IMG/VR virus record: IMGVR_UViG_3300038475_000012
Coordinates: 1-38,333 of that record
Strand: one strand, 5' to 3'
DNA length: 38,333 nucleotides
From: a virus
Taxonomy: Duplodnaviria; Caudoviricetes
Made by a program: the position numbers and the translations under genes. Each line of letters starts with the position of its first letter. Position 1 is the first letter of the stretch. Under the pieces are notes generated by a model. It was not told the DNA's origin and searched no databases. It saw only the letters and a list, made by a program, of their open reading frames with translations. This document shows, in pieces, positions 1 to 9,845 of the stretch.

Positions 1-127
1 CAGGAAATAGAAGCGCTCAATTTAATTGGATAGCAGTAGGCTTAATATAATAATTTAAATAACTCTATACAAACATATGGCATCTGCAAAAAGTAGGTAC
101 TACGCTAATCAAGTAAAAAAGGGGAAA
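1..127. repeat. 127-bp terminal overlap, identical to 38207-38333 (circular contig)
   Basis: First and last 127 nt are identical; the fibre ORF end and the start of ORF 77 continue across the junction. Confidence 0.97.
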
Positions 128-1816
128 ATAACTCAAGCTCAATCTTCAAACGCAATGGCGGGAAAAGGATTGAATGTATCCAGTTCAAGTACACCAGCTC
201 CATTAGTGGGACAGGGACCGTTACTTCCAGGACAAACTAGAGCATCAACCTACGCAGGACCGAGTCTTCCGGGACAAGTTCAACCAGGGTACTATGATTA
301 CTCTAATAACTCGGTAGATTACAATACTTCTCCTTCTAAATCTTCTTCAAAAAAATCATCAGGTTCTTCGTATTCAACTAATCCTAGTGTTTCTACTGGC
401 AATGCTTTGACTGATGCAATGTCTTCAATTACTAATAGGAGTATGGCTAGTCATGCGATGAATAAATCTAACGGAAACGGAGGAGGATTAACAAATACAA
501 TATTTAATCCGGCGACTGCTCCTATAAATGGAATATTAAAAAAGTTTGGAAATGGAATGCCTGATTTGGGGGGTGATTCTTCTTTAGGATTGAACACCAA
601 AGGAACTATTTACGATTTATCTAGTTATCCCAATAGCACAAATTCATCTTTTAATAATCCTTATATGCTAGGAAATTCAGGATTTATAGACACTGGCAAT
701 CCTTTATCTATGGCTGCGGAAAATCTTTATAATCAAAATCATAAAGGAACGGTAGCAGGAGAAGAAGGCTGGATTGATACTGGTCATTCAATGCAAAGGG
801 TAGGTGGACAAAATGATTCTTCATATCATTATCCGTCTAGTGGGGGAGATGAACAAAAAAATCCATTAACTAATTCAAGAAATTACACTCCTAACGCTTT
901 AGAAAAAGCCTACCAATCTCCTCAAATTCAATCAGACAACGCTACAGTCCAAAAAATGGGAGGTAGGGGAAACTTTGCAACCGGAGAATACGCTAATGGA
1001 GCAGGAAATTATGGATTTGATGCTGGGGCTACTTATGGAGGAGGACAGAAAAATAATGGAAATACTATCTGGGATGAAATAAAAATGGCTATAGGCGGGA
1101 TACCAACTGCCAACGCTCAAGAAATTCCTCAAAATTATGCATCAACTCCAAGAATTACTGAAAATCAATGGAACCAAATGGTTGGAGGAGATAACTTTAA
1201 CCGAAATATTCTTTCCGAATATCCATTGCAAAATTCTCAAGAAAATCAAGGAAATTCCCAAGTAAATTCTCAATTAAATCAGGGATATGGAGGAGGAGTA
1301 AGTGGAGCAGACAAACAGACTCAAGCACTTCAGCAGTCTTATATCCAACAGCAGATGAAAGACTTAGGAAAGCAAGGAAAATCACAAAAGAAAGCGTTAG
1401 CTGATTTAATCAGTTCTATAAAAGACGAGTACAACAAAGCAGTCCAACAAGGTACAGACACGATGAACAAGAATGAAGGACAAGACCTGCTTCAACAGAA
1501 CGCTGCTTTTGCTGGTGCTGGTTCAGATTCCAACGACCCTCAACTGCAACAATACAGAGAAAGGATGCAAAACGACTACGGAACTCAACTTTCTCAAATG
1601 CTAGACAACCTAAGCACCCAAAAGAACAAGAGTATTAAATCAGGAAATTCAAGTTATCAAGATTCAATGAATACCATTGATAGTTCTAAAAAAGCGGCTA
1701 AGTATAGACTAGCTATGCTTTTAGCTTCAATTCAAAAGAAGAACGCCCAAGCGAACTACAGCCCTTATGGATACAGTGATGGAACTCTTGAAAATGACCC
1801 TAATCTTTTTGGTTAA
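77..1816 (+). CDS. Putative internal virion/ejection protein
   Basis: 579 aa, S/N/G/Q-rich low complexity with C-terminal coiled coil; follows nozzle and fibre genes on the circular map, as in podoviruses. Confidence 0.55.
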   Translation: MASAKSRYYANQVKKGKITQAQSSNAMAGKGLNVSSSSTPAPLVGQGPLLPGQTRASTYAGPSLPGQVQPGYYDYSNNSVDYNTSPSKSSSKKSSGSSYSTNPSVSTGNALTDAMSSITNRSMASHAMNKSNGNGGGLTNTIFNPATAPINGILKKFGNGMPDLGGDSSLGLNTKGTIYDLSSYPNSTNSSFNNPYMLGNSGFIDTGNPLSMAAENLYNQNHKGTVAGEEGWIDTGHSMQRVGGQNDSSYHYPSSGGDEQKNPLTNSRNYTPNALEKAYQSPQIQSDNATVQKMGGRGNFATGEYANGAGNYGFDAGATYGGGQKNNGNTIWDEIKMAIGGIPTANAQEIPQNYASTPRITENQWNQMVGGDNFNRNILSEYPLQNSQENQGNSQVNSQLNQGYGGGVSGADKQTQALQQSYIQQQMKDLGKQGKSQKKALADLISSIKDEYNKAVQQGTDTMNKNEGQDLLQQNAAFAGAGSDSNDPQLQQYRERMQNDYGTQLSQMLDNLSTQKNKSIKSGNSSYQDSMNTIDSSKKAAKYRLAMLLASIQKKNAQANYSPYGYSDGTLENDPNLFG

Positions 1817-1819
1817 ACT

Positions 1820-4800
1820 ATGAACATATTTGACTTAATAAATCAAAAGAACCGCCGTGATATAGCGGCAAGCCAACAGGCATTCAACAGTGTCAAGAAT
1901 TTCGTTACTCCGATACAAAAGAATGTTAGTAATTTTGTTGACCAAAAAATAGCGAGACCGATAGTCAATGAAATTCGTCAAGTACCTAGGCAACTTTTAA
2001 ACTTCGCAAAATCTCCTTCTCCTAAATGGATTCAGCCTGCAGAAAACAAAGTAAAAAATTATATTCAAAATCCTGAAAGAATAACAAAGTCAGTATGGAA
2101 TAATGTTACTCCTTTTGGTACGGTTGATAAGGTAATGAATGATACGAGAACTCCTGTTGGAAAGTATTTTCAACCTACTCCTCAATTAAGAATAAGGGAC
2201 GTAATGAGAGAAATACCTCACGGAGCTTATGAAACCGCTAAAATGTTTCCACAAGCGGCAGAAAGATTTGTTGCTTCAGCATTAGAAGCTCCTAACTCAA
2301 TAAGAAAAGGACAGGCGAGTGGTAGATTTTACAACACTCCTTTTGGGAGGGTAAATTCTTTTCAATCAGAAGCTCAAAATAGAGTTCAAAGAGGTGACCC
2401 TTTATGGAAAGCGATAGGAAATCCAGCTATTGATACCTTGCTTGCCGGTCTTGATGTTAGTCAGTTCGCAAAACCTATTTTTAATTCGGCTAAAAGTATT
2501 AAGTTTTTACCAGAAGAAGTAAGAAATATTGCCAGTGATTTGACGACACCATTAGGAAAAACAATGCCTAAAACTATCCCATCAAGAGTTGAGAATCTTA
2601 ATCCTAATGGTATATTTCAAGAAGGAACAGGAAACTTTGCTCAGGGTGGAATACCACAAGTTAGAAACCTAGAAAATCCCGTCAGACAAACAGGAGGATT
2701 TAGAATACCCGAACAACAAGTGCAAGTTCCTTTTGAGTTTAAAAGTAAATTATTAAATAGAGCAGGTTTGACAGTAAAAGATGAAGGATTAGGAAAAGCT
2801 GGTTATAAAAACCCTCTTATACAAGAAGGAGGGATATACCCGAATAAACAAGAGAATATTAATACCGGGATACAAAATGCTAAAGAAAAATCTAATACCC
2901 CAACCAGATTTCCTATTCAGGGAGAAAACCCAGTTATTGAAAAACCAAAAGTTTCTATTCCGCAAGACACTAAAAATAAAGTAGAATTAAAAATAACAGG
3001 GAATACAGAAAAAGAGAAAATTCAAAGTGCGATAGTAAATTCAGAAAGAGTTAAAAATGAATTAAATATCAGAGGAAAGGATGCTTTTGTAGATGCTAGA
3101 AAACTAAGTCCCAATGACCTTAAATTAGCGGAACAATACGAAACTGGTCAATCTATTGATGATTTAGCGAAGCAAGCAGAAAACCCAAAGCAATTTAAGA
3201 AGGCAATGAATAAAGTTGCTGATTATTATGACTTTCGTTTGGCAACTGACAGGGCTTTGGGAGGAGAAACACCACTACGCCAAAATTACATTCCTCATAA
3301 TTGGGATTTAAGCAATCCTCAAGATTTAGCCAGATTTAATGAAATTGCCCGCCAAAGGGGAATCCAACCATACAACGGGTTCAAATCTCAACCCAGAGTT
3401 TTTAAAACTTATGCTGAAGGAGAAGCATTAGGATTTAAAAGACAAAACCCAAATATATTGGGAGACTTACAAAACGATTACGGAGCTTCTTCCACTGTAT
3501 TAAGCCGTCAAGCACTAAAACAAGGCTTAGGAGAATCCGCACCTGGAAAAGTGAGTATGAATGGAATGGGACAAACCCCCGAAGGAAAGCCATTTGTCAA
3601 TTCAAATATCCCAGGACTAGAAGGAATGTCTTTCCATCCGGATGTCAATAAAAATCTAAAAGGATTCCAACCCAAAACCAATCAAGATGTTTTCCAATTA
3701 GTAAAAGAAAAAGGATTAGTTGGAGGATTAAAAGAAGGTGGATTTTTAAATACAGTCGGGACACTTTATGACAGAGCCACCCAACCGATGAAACATTTTC
3801 TTTTAAACTTTTCAGGATTCCATTCAATCAATGTCAGTGCCAACTATTCAGGATCTTCGTTGTTTGAAGCGAATATGAAAGGGACTAAAGGAATAGCCGA
3901 ATCAATCCCTTCATTTTTAAGTGAAACCTTCACCAAAAAAATAGAGGATGGTTTTAGAAGTAAATTAATTCCAGGGACCGATATGTCTATTTTTGACGCT
4001 GGACTTCGCAGTGGAGTAAATATGGACAGAGGGATTCCAGCCGCAGGATTAAGAAGATTAAATCCTTTCACTGCTCAATCAAGAGCTATCTTTGACCGAG
4101 AATTGCACACCCTTAAATTAAATTTAGTTGACCAAGTATTTTCAAGTGGAAAAGTTAATCCAGAATCACCGCAAGGGAGAGAGCTAGGAAGGGAGATAAA
4201 TCAGATAATGGGAGAGATGAACAATCATACAATGAATATCAACCCTAATTCTCAAAAGTGGATGACCAGGCTTTTATTGGCTCCGCAATTCACCGAATCA
4301 AAATATGTAACTATTGGAAAAGCTTTGACTAAAAATCCCACTAAGACTTTAGCTCTCAAGGCAGTAGTAGGAAAATCTATCGTAATGGGAACCTTGGCTT
4401 CACTAGGAACTCTTTTGGCAACAGGTAAATTCCCTAACTTACAGCAACTATTATTAAACTATACTATTGCTCCCGATACTCAAACTAACCTTGAAAGTCC
4501 CAGTGGAAAGAAACAAGATGTATCGTGGCCTCAAACTTTTGTCAGTGAACCATCTAGACCGATTGCTGGTCTTATGCAAGGGAGTACCGATGCCCTAACC
4601 CACTATGCGCAATCCAGACTTAATCCAGTTCTTTCTGATATGGTTTCCGCTTATACCAATAAAGATTACTATGGCAATCCGATAGTTGACCCAAATTCTG
4701 ATAAATCAACACTTTCCCAATTAGCAAGCAACGTAGGAGTTGGAGATTTACCGATAGGGGTTCAACAGATTCAAAGTTTGATGTCGGGAAAGCAAACAAT

Positions 4801-5635
4801 TCCTCAAACTGCTATCAATGTGGCTGGACTTCGGACGCACGTTTCTCCCAATGACCCTACCAATGCAATGTGGCAAGACTATGCCGACCAAAAACAGATT
4901 GCTCAAATCCAACAGGATATGAGATATGGGAAAATATCTGAAGCCAATGGAATGAAACAAATTGAAAATTTGAAAAATCAACAGACCGATGCCGCATCTA
5001 AAAGTAATCTACAATCTGGTGATGTCCAAAAAGTTAGTTCTCCAAGTGGTGATTACTATAAATATAAGACTTCCCAAGGTATTGCCTTCGCTGATACCCA
5101 ACAACAGGCCGATAAAGCGGTCGCTAAAGATAAACTGAAAGCTGATTTACAAAGTGGTCAAGGGATAAATGCAGTAGACAAATACAAACCAGGGACACTC
5201 ACAACCTCGATGATCAACGACCTATACGATAACGGAGATTTAGACGAATCCACCAAATACCAACTAGACAGAAGGATAAACAAAGAAACCTCTGTCAAGA
5301 AGGCTACTTTTGTCAAAACTCTTTTAGATAAGAAAGACCCCGAAACTTTAAAACAGATGTATTCAGACGGAACTTTAAGCCCCACCTCAATAGACGATAT
5401 GTTTGAAAACGGACTCATTCCGCCTAAACAGGCTTACGCATTACAGATGTATCTTTATAAAAAAGACGTTGCCGTAGGAAAGACACAAAGGAAAGGATAT
5501 AAAGCTATGTCTACTTTCGATAAAAAGTTAAAGTTTAAATACGGACAGCCTCAAAAACAACCACAACAGAATCAACAGCCTCAACAATCTAAATACACAA
5601 CACAATTTCGTAATCCATTTTTTCAAACTAAATGA
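1820..5635 (+). CDS. Large internal virion/ejection (DNA delivery) protein
   Basis: 1271 aa; size, position and C-terminal NKDYYGNPI-type motif are typical of podovirus large ejection proteins. Confidence 0.6.
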   Translation: MNIFDLINQKNRRDIAASQQAFNSVKNFVTPIQKNVSNFVDQKIARPIVNEIRQVPRQLLNFAKSPSPKWIQPAENKVKNYIQNPERITKSVWNNVTPFGTVDKVMNDTRTPVGKYFQPTPQLRIRDVMREIPHGAYETAKMFPQAAERFVASALEAPNSIRKGQASGRFYNTPFGRVNSFQSEAQNRVQRGDPLWKAIGNPAIDTLLAGLDVSQFAKPIFNSAKSIKFLPEEVRNIASDLTTPLGKTMPKTIPSRVENLNPNGIFQEGTGNFAQGGIPQVRNLENPVRQTGGFRIPEQQVQVPFEFKSKLLNRAGLTVKDEGLGKAGYKNPLIQEGGIYPNKQENINTGIQNAKEKSNTPTRFPIQGENPVIEKPKVSIPQDTKNKVELKITGNTEKEKIQSAIVNSERVKNELNIRGKDAFVDARKLSPNDLKLAEQYETGQSIDDLAKQAENPKQFKKAMNKVADYYDFRLATDRALGGETPLRQNYIPHNWDLSNPQDLARFNEIARQRGIQPYNGFKSQPRVFKTYAEGEALGFKRQNPNILGDLQNDYGASSTVLSRQALKQGLGESAPGKVSMNGMGQTPEGKPFVNSNIPGLEGMSFHPDVNKNLKGFQPKTNQDVFQLVKEKGLVGGLKEGGFLNTVGTLYDRATQPMKHFLLNFSGFHSINVSANYSGSSLFEANMKGTKGIAESIPSFLSETFTKKIEDGFRSKLIPGTDMSIFDAGLRSGVNMDRGIPAAGLRRLNPFTAQSRAIFDRELHTLKLNLVDQVFSSGKVNPESPQGRELGREINQIMGEMNNHTMNINPNSQKWMTRLLLAPQFTESKYVTIGKALTKNPTKTLALKAVVGKSIVMGTLASLGTLLATGKFPNLQQLLLNYTIAPDTQTNLESPSGKKQDVSWPQTFVSEPSRPIAGLMQGSTDALTHYAQSRLNPVLSDMVSAYTNKDYYGNPIVDPNSDKSTLSQLASNVGVGDLPIGVQQIQSLMSGKQTIPQTAINVAGLRTHVSPNDPTNAMWQDYADQKQIAQIQQDMRYGKISEANGMKQIENLKNQQTDAASKSNLQSGDVQKVSSPSGDYYKYKTSQGIAFADTQQQADKAVAKDKLKADLQSGQGINAVDKYKPGTLTTSMINDLYDNGDLDESTKYQLDRRINKETSVKKATFVKTLLDKKDPETLKQMYSDGTLSPTSIDDMFENGLIPPKQAYALQMYLYKKDVAVGKTQRKGYKAMSTFDKKLKFKYGQPQKQPQQNQQPQQSKYTTQFRNPFFQTK

Positions 5636-5820
5636 ACGAAGAACCAGAAGAATTTATAAAGACAGTTTATAAAGTTTCAGAATCAGATATAAGAAAGACG
5701 GGAGTAACCCAATGCGTTCATCACGCTTGGCAAAAATTAAATGACAACGAGATTTACTGCCCTGTATGTCAAACAGGAGCGATAGTAAATCCTGAATGTC
5801 TAGACGATTATGTCAAATAA
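5632..5820 (+). CDS. Small Zn-ribbon-like protein
   Basis: CxHxW...CPVC motif; ATGA overlap with the upstream gene. Confidence 0.55.
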   Translation: MNEEPEEFIKTVYKVSESDIRKTGVTQCVHHAWQKLNDNEIYCPVCQTGAIVNPECLDDYVK

Positions 5821-6148
5821 CCAAATAGGAATGACAAAGTATAGCAGTCAATACATTGATAACCTTTCTTTTGACGATGGTTTAAAAGTAAAGGTTGTTG
5901 AGATTGTCAATCCAGACGGGAGTTTGCCATCACTGGCTACTTCTGACAAACAAGACACGGGGAATACAATTCTACAATCAATAGCTGGTTTTAACATACC
6001 GAAATTCGATGAAATTGCTGTAACTTATCCGACGACTTCGAGTGAAGTTTATACATATAAATTAGCCTCTGCGACAGTTGGAACGCTCACAGTAACTTAC
6101 AGCGATGCAGTTACAAAGCAGATTATAACCAATGTAAAATTAACATAA
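5810..6148 (+). CDS. Hypothetical virion (tail-associated) protein
   Basis: Beta-strand-rich T/V/Y C-terminus, coupled to the fibre-like gene. Confidence 0.5.
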   Translation: MSNNQIGMTKYSSQYIDNLSFDDGLKVKVVEIVNPDGSLPSLATSDKQDTGNTILQSIAGFNIPKFDEIAVTYPTTSSEVYTYKLASATVGTLTVTYSDAVTKQIITNVKLT

Positions 6149-7044
6149 TGGGACTGAAATTTAATCCTACAACTCAAAAATTAGATTTAGTTAATCCCGC
6201 TACAGCTCCTGCCGGTTCAAACACTCAAATTCAGTTTAATTCAAATGGAGTTTTTGGAGCTGATTCAAATCTTATTTGGGATGCGACAAATCATAGACTA
6301 GGAATTAAAGTGGCAAGTCCATCTTATGATTTTCAGATTGGTGATTATTCAACTGATTATTTTATGTCACTTTGTTCTCAAAATGTTGGAAAGAGTCAAA
6401 TTCGTCTTAACCATTACAGTGATAAGTACGGGTTTACAATAGAAAACAATTCTATAATTGGGGGTGGATGGGGAACATTTAATATCCTACGCCATTTCGG
6501 AAGTTCCGCTGGAACCGCTGCGTTTACTCTCAAGGAAGATACTGGATTCGCTGGTATTTGGACAGCAGCCCCCTCTTGTCCCTTTGAGGTTACAGGAAAT
6601 ACCTATATCAACGGAGCAATTTCAATAGGAACTCAACAATCATTTAACAGTGCGATGTATCTTTGCAATGGTTACGGCGGAGGGACAGAAATCAGATTTA
6701 CCAATACGCAAACAGGGGGTGGTGATTGGTCATTTGGAACAGGATATTCATACGCAGGGGGAGTAGGAAATTGGTATTTTTATAAGAACGGAACAAATTC
6801 AGGTGTAAAAATGGTTTTCGATGTCAGTGGCAATATTGGAATGGGAGTAGTTAGCCCGACGGCAGTGGTTCATATCAAGGCAGGTGTTGCGGCGGCAGGA
6901 GGCGCACCTTTGAAATTTACAGCTGGAGTTTTGAACACAACTCAAGAATTAGGATCGATGGAATTTACTGATGACGGAACTGTTGGTCATCTTTATATAA
7001 CTAGAAATATAGCAGGAGTATTAACTAGAAGTTTAATAATTTAA
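6148..7044 (+). CDS. Tail fibre/spike-like protein
   Basis: GSNTQIQFN motif and repeated G(N)IGxGxxSP units typical of phage fibre proteins. Confidence 0.65.
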   Translation: MGLKFNPTTQKLDLVNPATAPAGSNTQIQFNSNGVFGADSNLIWDATNHRLGIKVASPSYDFQIGDYSTDYFMSLCSQNVGKSQIRLNHYSDKYGFTIENNSIIGGGWGTFNILRHFGSSAGTAAFTLKEDTGFAGIWTAAPSCPFEVTGNTYINGAISIGTQQSFNSAMYLCNGYGGGTEIRFTNTQTGGGDWSFGTGYSYAGGVGNWYFYKNGTNSGVKMVFDVSGNIGMGVVSPTAVVHIKAGVAAAGGAPLKFTAGVLNTTQELGSMEFTDDGTVGHLYITRNIAGVLTRSLII

Positions 7045-7048
7045 AATT

Positions 7049-7279
7049 ATGGAATTTTCAAAAATTGACGAGACAACACTTGGGGAAACCAAACCAGTGA
7101 AAGAAGAAACAATACATTATGATTATGATTTCTTAAAATCCAAAGAGGCTTCGATACAAGCCGACCTAGAAGAAGTCCAAAACCTAATCGCACAATGCGA
7201 AAGCCTAGGAATAAAATCAAAGTCCGAGATTGAAGTAAAACCAATAGACACCAAATCGATAACAATTAACTCTAAATAA
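7049..7279 (+). CDS. Hypothetical protein (possible fibre chaperone, coiled coil)
   Basis: ORF track; acidic coiled-coil stretch directly after the fibre gene. Confidence 0.5.
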   Translation: MEFSKIDETTLGETKPVKEETIHYDYDFLKSKEASIQADLEEVQNLIAQCESLGIKSKSEIEVKPIDTKSITINSK

Positions 7280-7435
7280 ATGGAAAGAAAAATCACTCAA
7301 GAACTCTTGCAAGAAGTTCTAACCTACATCGCATCAGCTCCCACTGGAAATATGCCTGCCGGAAAAGCCTACGAAATAATGAACAAACTGCAACAGCTTC
7401 CTGAAATCAAAGAAGAAATTAAAGAAGAAAAGTAG
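7280..7435 (+). CDS. Hypothetical 51-aa protein (MERKITQELLQEVL...)
   Basis: Translated by hand; abuts the upstream stop and is preceded by AACTCTA. Confidence 0.6.
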   Translation: MERKITQELLQEVLTYIASAPTGNMPAGKAYEIMNKLQQLPEIKEEIKEEK

Positions 7436-7477
7436 ATTTATAGCAATCATTTCTGATTTGCGGATAGCTATAGAGAA

Positions 7478-7846
7478 GTGATTGCGATTAAGCCTAATTA
7501 TATGTGCGTTATGGATGAAAAACTAAAAAAAGAAATAGTCGCAGAGGTTTGCGAAGCTCTACACCCTTTGATTGAAAAATCAGTCAAAACTATTCACACA
7601 ATGTCGCCCGATACGAAATCCAGATTTGAGCAACAAGATATTAAAATGGATAGAATTTTGGAAATGTCGCAACAAGCAAAAGACCACCAAAAAGAATACG
7701 GAAGAATGACAACCGAAATGTACACCGTCTGGACAAATTCAGGCAAAGCCGTAAAGGTTATCCAGAAGTTTTTTATTTTTGTAGGGATAGTAACGGGTGG
7801 AATTATCGGAATAATAGAATTGATTAAATATATGTTTAAAAAATAA
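7478..7846 (+). CDS. Membrane protein, coiled coil plus C-terminal TM (holin-like)
   Basis: C-terminal hydrophobic helix; lies in the lysis region; true start probably 7502 or 7511. Confidence 0.5.
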   Translation: MIAIKPNYMCVMDEKLKKEIVAEVCEALHPLIEKSVKTIHTMSPDTKSRFEQQDIKMDRILEMSQQAKDHQKEYGRMTTEMYTVWTNSGKAVKVIQKFFIFVGIVTGGIIGIIELIKYMFKK

Positions 7847-7870
7847 ACTAGATAAGGAAGGTGATTTTAT

Positions 7871-8065
7871 ATGAGTTTAAGTGAAATAGTGATAAAAATT
7901 GTAGGAATAATTTTAGTCATAGTCGGATTAGCCTTAATTCTTTCTGTAGTAGGAGTAAATATTTTAGGTATAGGAGTTTCTAATATCTGGGTTGCGCTTA
8001 TTTTTGGAGTTGCCTTTCTTGGTGCTGGAATATGGATAATTCGAGGAGGAACAATATCCCTATAA
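7871..8065 (+). CDS. Two-TM small membrane protein (holin candidate)
   Basis: Two strongly hydrophobic segments; SD-like AGGAAGGTGA upstream. Confidence 0.55.
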   Translation: MSLSEIVIKIVGIILVIVGLALILSVVGVNILGIGVSNIWVALIFGVAFLGAGIWIIRGGTISL

Positions 8066-8138
8066 TTATTGCCTTCAGCTTTTTATGAGAGAGAGCTGAA
8101 ATGCGGTTGTTATTGAGTTCTTTCAACGGAGGTGTGCT

Positions 8139-8210
8139 ATGCGAAGAATTTACTATTGGCTTTTCTTGTATCATCGGTGGCGTAAAAGGCGTGAGTTTTC
8201 TAAATGGTAG
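8139..8210 (+). CDS. 23-aa basic/aromatic peptide
   Basis: GGAGGTG SD upstream of ATG; MRRIYYWLFLYHRWRKRREFSKW. Confidence 0.45.
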   Translation: MRRIYYWLFLYHRWRKRREFSKW

Positions 8211-8224
8211 GGAGTATAAGAGAA

Positions 8225-8341
8225 ATGTACACAATGCTTTTGGAAAAAGAAGACCCGTTTGAATGGTGCCGTTGGTGCCCCTATCACGGGAAACCAGAAA
8301 AGTGTGATAAATGCACGGGAGGAGGAAATGAAAAACGCTGA
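8225..8341 (+). CDS. 38-aa Cys-rich Zn-finger-like peptide
   Basis: GGGAG SD; CRWC...CDKC. Confidence 0.5.
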   Translation: MYTMLLEKEDPFEWCRWCPYHGKPEKCDKCTGGGNEKR

Positions 8342-8474
8342 CAACCTTGTCCAATGCCCGATTTGCAAATGCCCGATGTTTTTGGACGATGATTGCAAAA
8401 AGTACTGTTGCTCGCAATGCAACGTCCAGCTTTCTGCAGGTCATCTCCTCAACAATCGTGGGCTTACCCAATGA
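8328..8474 (+). CDS. 48-aa Zn-ribbon peptide
   Basis: GGAGGAGG SD; CPIC...CSQC; shorter start of track ORF 8259..8474. Confidence 0.55.
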   Translation: MKNADNLVQCPICKCPMFLDDDCKKYCCSQCNVQLSAGHLLNNRGLTQ

Positions 8475-8611
8475 CCAGCGTGCGAGGCAACAACCTCAAT
8501 CGCCAAGACGGAAGCCACAAAGTTTCCGTCTCAATTCCTGCTTAGAGTTCTATATATTATTAACCCCCCTTTTTAATATAAATCTCTCTAGGCAGAAATA
8601 GGGATAAATAT

Positions 8612-8770
8612 ATGGACGGAGGAGAACCAAGAGGAGAATTATTTGCAATATTCTTTACCGGAGTCATTTTGATGATGGTAAGTCTTTATTTTCTCTTAAA
8701 ACAAGCTGGAATAGATTTATTTTTAACGCCAGATTACATAATCGCATATTTAAAAAGTTTAGGACTCTAG
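8612..8770 (+). CDS. 52-aa membrane peptide
   Basis: Translated by hand (MDGGEPRGELFAIFFTGVILMMVSLYFLL...), one TM segment. Confidence 0.5.
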   Translation: MDGGEPRGELFAIFFTGVILMMVSLYFLLKQAGIDLFLTPDYIIAYLKSLGL

Positions 8771-8951
8771 TCGGTAACAATGCCTAGGACGGGTTATCGG
8801 CTTGCCTGACGAGGCAGTTCTTGTGTGTAGCCCCTGCCAAAGGTGAATGCAAAGCCAAGGACACTGGACTAATCATCCGCATAACCCTACAAAAAAGCTG
8901 TGATGGCTAACAAAAAGGGTTATGTCTAATGAAAATATTATTTGTACCGAC
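8770..8951 (+). ncRNA. Candidate structured RNA upstream of the endolysin
   Basis: Closing stem GTCGGTA/TACCGAC; inner stems TGCCT/AGGCA, GTTCTTG/CAAGGAC, CATAACCCT/AGGGTTATG; GC-richer, ORF-free; strand uncertain. Confidence 0.5.
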
Positions 8952-9069
8952 GATAAATTCACAATCAAAGTTTTAGCAGTCATTTTAATAATTTTAATTA
9001 TGTTTTTTTTGGGAACTTACAAAGTCTGCTCGGCTTTGAGTAAAATTCCAAGAAAAATATATAATCAAT

Positions 9070-9672
9070 ATGGCAATACATGGGATTGATGTTTCAAAAT
9101 GGCAAGGAAATATAGACTGGACAAAAGTGAAAAAAGATTTTGCCATTTTAAAATGTACGCAAGGAGAAAAATTTATTGACGCAAAGTTCAAACAGAACAA
9201 AGAAGAAGCGAGAAAAAATAATATTCCTTTGGGATATTACCATTTTTCCAATGGCGATAACGCAATAAAAGAGGCGCAATGCTTTATTAGAAATGTAGGC
9301 GATATAGCACAAGGAGAGTTTTTGGTTTTGGATTTTGAGATTAAATTACAAAATCCAGTTACTTGGTGTTTAGATTGGCTGAAAGAAGCTGAAAGGTTAG
9401 TTGGATTTAAACCATTGATTTATCTTAATTCTTCAACAGCTAAAATTTATAATTGGCAACCGATAATAGATAGAGATACAGGCTTGTGGATAGCCAATTA
9501 TGGCTTAAATTTGCCAGTGGTGGGATTAAAACCGCCAGCTATAGGCAAGTGGCCTTTTTATGCGATTTGGCAGTATTCAAGCCGTGGAAAAGTGGCCGGA
9601 ATAAATGGATATGTTGATCTGAATTATTGCAAATTCGGAATTGATGTTTTGGAAAAGTATGGAAAGGCTTAA
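9070..9672 (+). CDS. Endolysin, GH25 muramidase
   Basis: GIDVSKWQG, GYYHF, LDFE, LWIANY, WQYSS and VDLN motifs. Confidence 0.95.
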   Translation: MAIHGIDVSKWQGNIDWTKVKKDFAILKCTQGEKFIDAKFKQNKEEARKNNIPLGYYHFSNGDNAIKEAQCFIRNVGDIAQGEFLVLDFEIKLQNPVTWCLDWLKEAERLVGFKPLIYLNSSTAKIYNWQPIIDRDTGLWIANYGLNLPVVGLKPPAIGKWPFYAIWQYSSRGKVAGINGYVDLNYCKFGIDVLEKYGKA

Positions 9673-9808
9673 GCGGCTCGGGAAGTCTCAGCATTTTGTG
9701 TGCCGAATTATGAAAGATGGTGTTAAGAAGATTTACGACCCTTGGACAAATTCCGTATTGCCATTAAATTACTATAAGTTTGTATCGTATAGGAAATTTA
9801 AGAAATGA
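9659..9808 (+). pseudogene. Remnant resembling the C-terminus of a C39-like peptidase
   Basis: 49-aa frame containing QHFV...IYDPW, overlapping the GH25 stop in the +1 frame. Confidence 0.45.
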
Positions 9809-9816
9809 TTAAAAGG

Positions 9817-9845
9817 TTGCATAACAATTAAATATCTGTTATAAT
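9817..9845 (+). promoter_or_regulatory. Sigma70-type promoter of the HNH gene
   Basis: TTGCAT-17 nt-TATAAT with TG at the extended -10 position. Confidence 0.7.

Noticed and set aside
209-235. Diversity-generating retroelement TR/VR pair (A/G differences versus 15472-15498)
   Set aside because: Only 27 nt with two differences, and no reverse transcriptase is encoded
932-5418. Short minus-strand ORFs within the two large virion genes (and similar ones in portal, scaffold and sugar genes)
   Set aside because: Antisense shadows of long coding frames
7998-8471. 157-aa and 83-aa minus-strand ORFs
   Set aside because: They are antisense to SD-led plus-strand micro-ORFs and have no recognisable motifs; probably shadow frames
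8816-8860. Hammerhead ribozyme (CUGACGA) or c-di-GMP-I riboswitch (GCAAAGCC)
   Set aside because: No correctly placed GAAA/stem II for a hammerhead, and no GGCAAA plus GNRA P2 arrangement for the riboswitch
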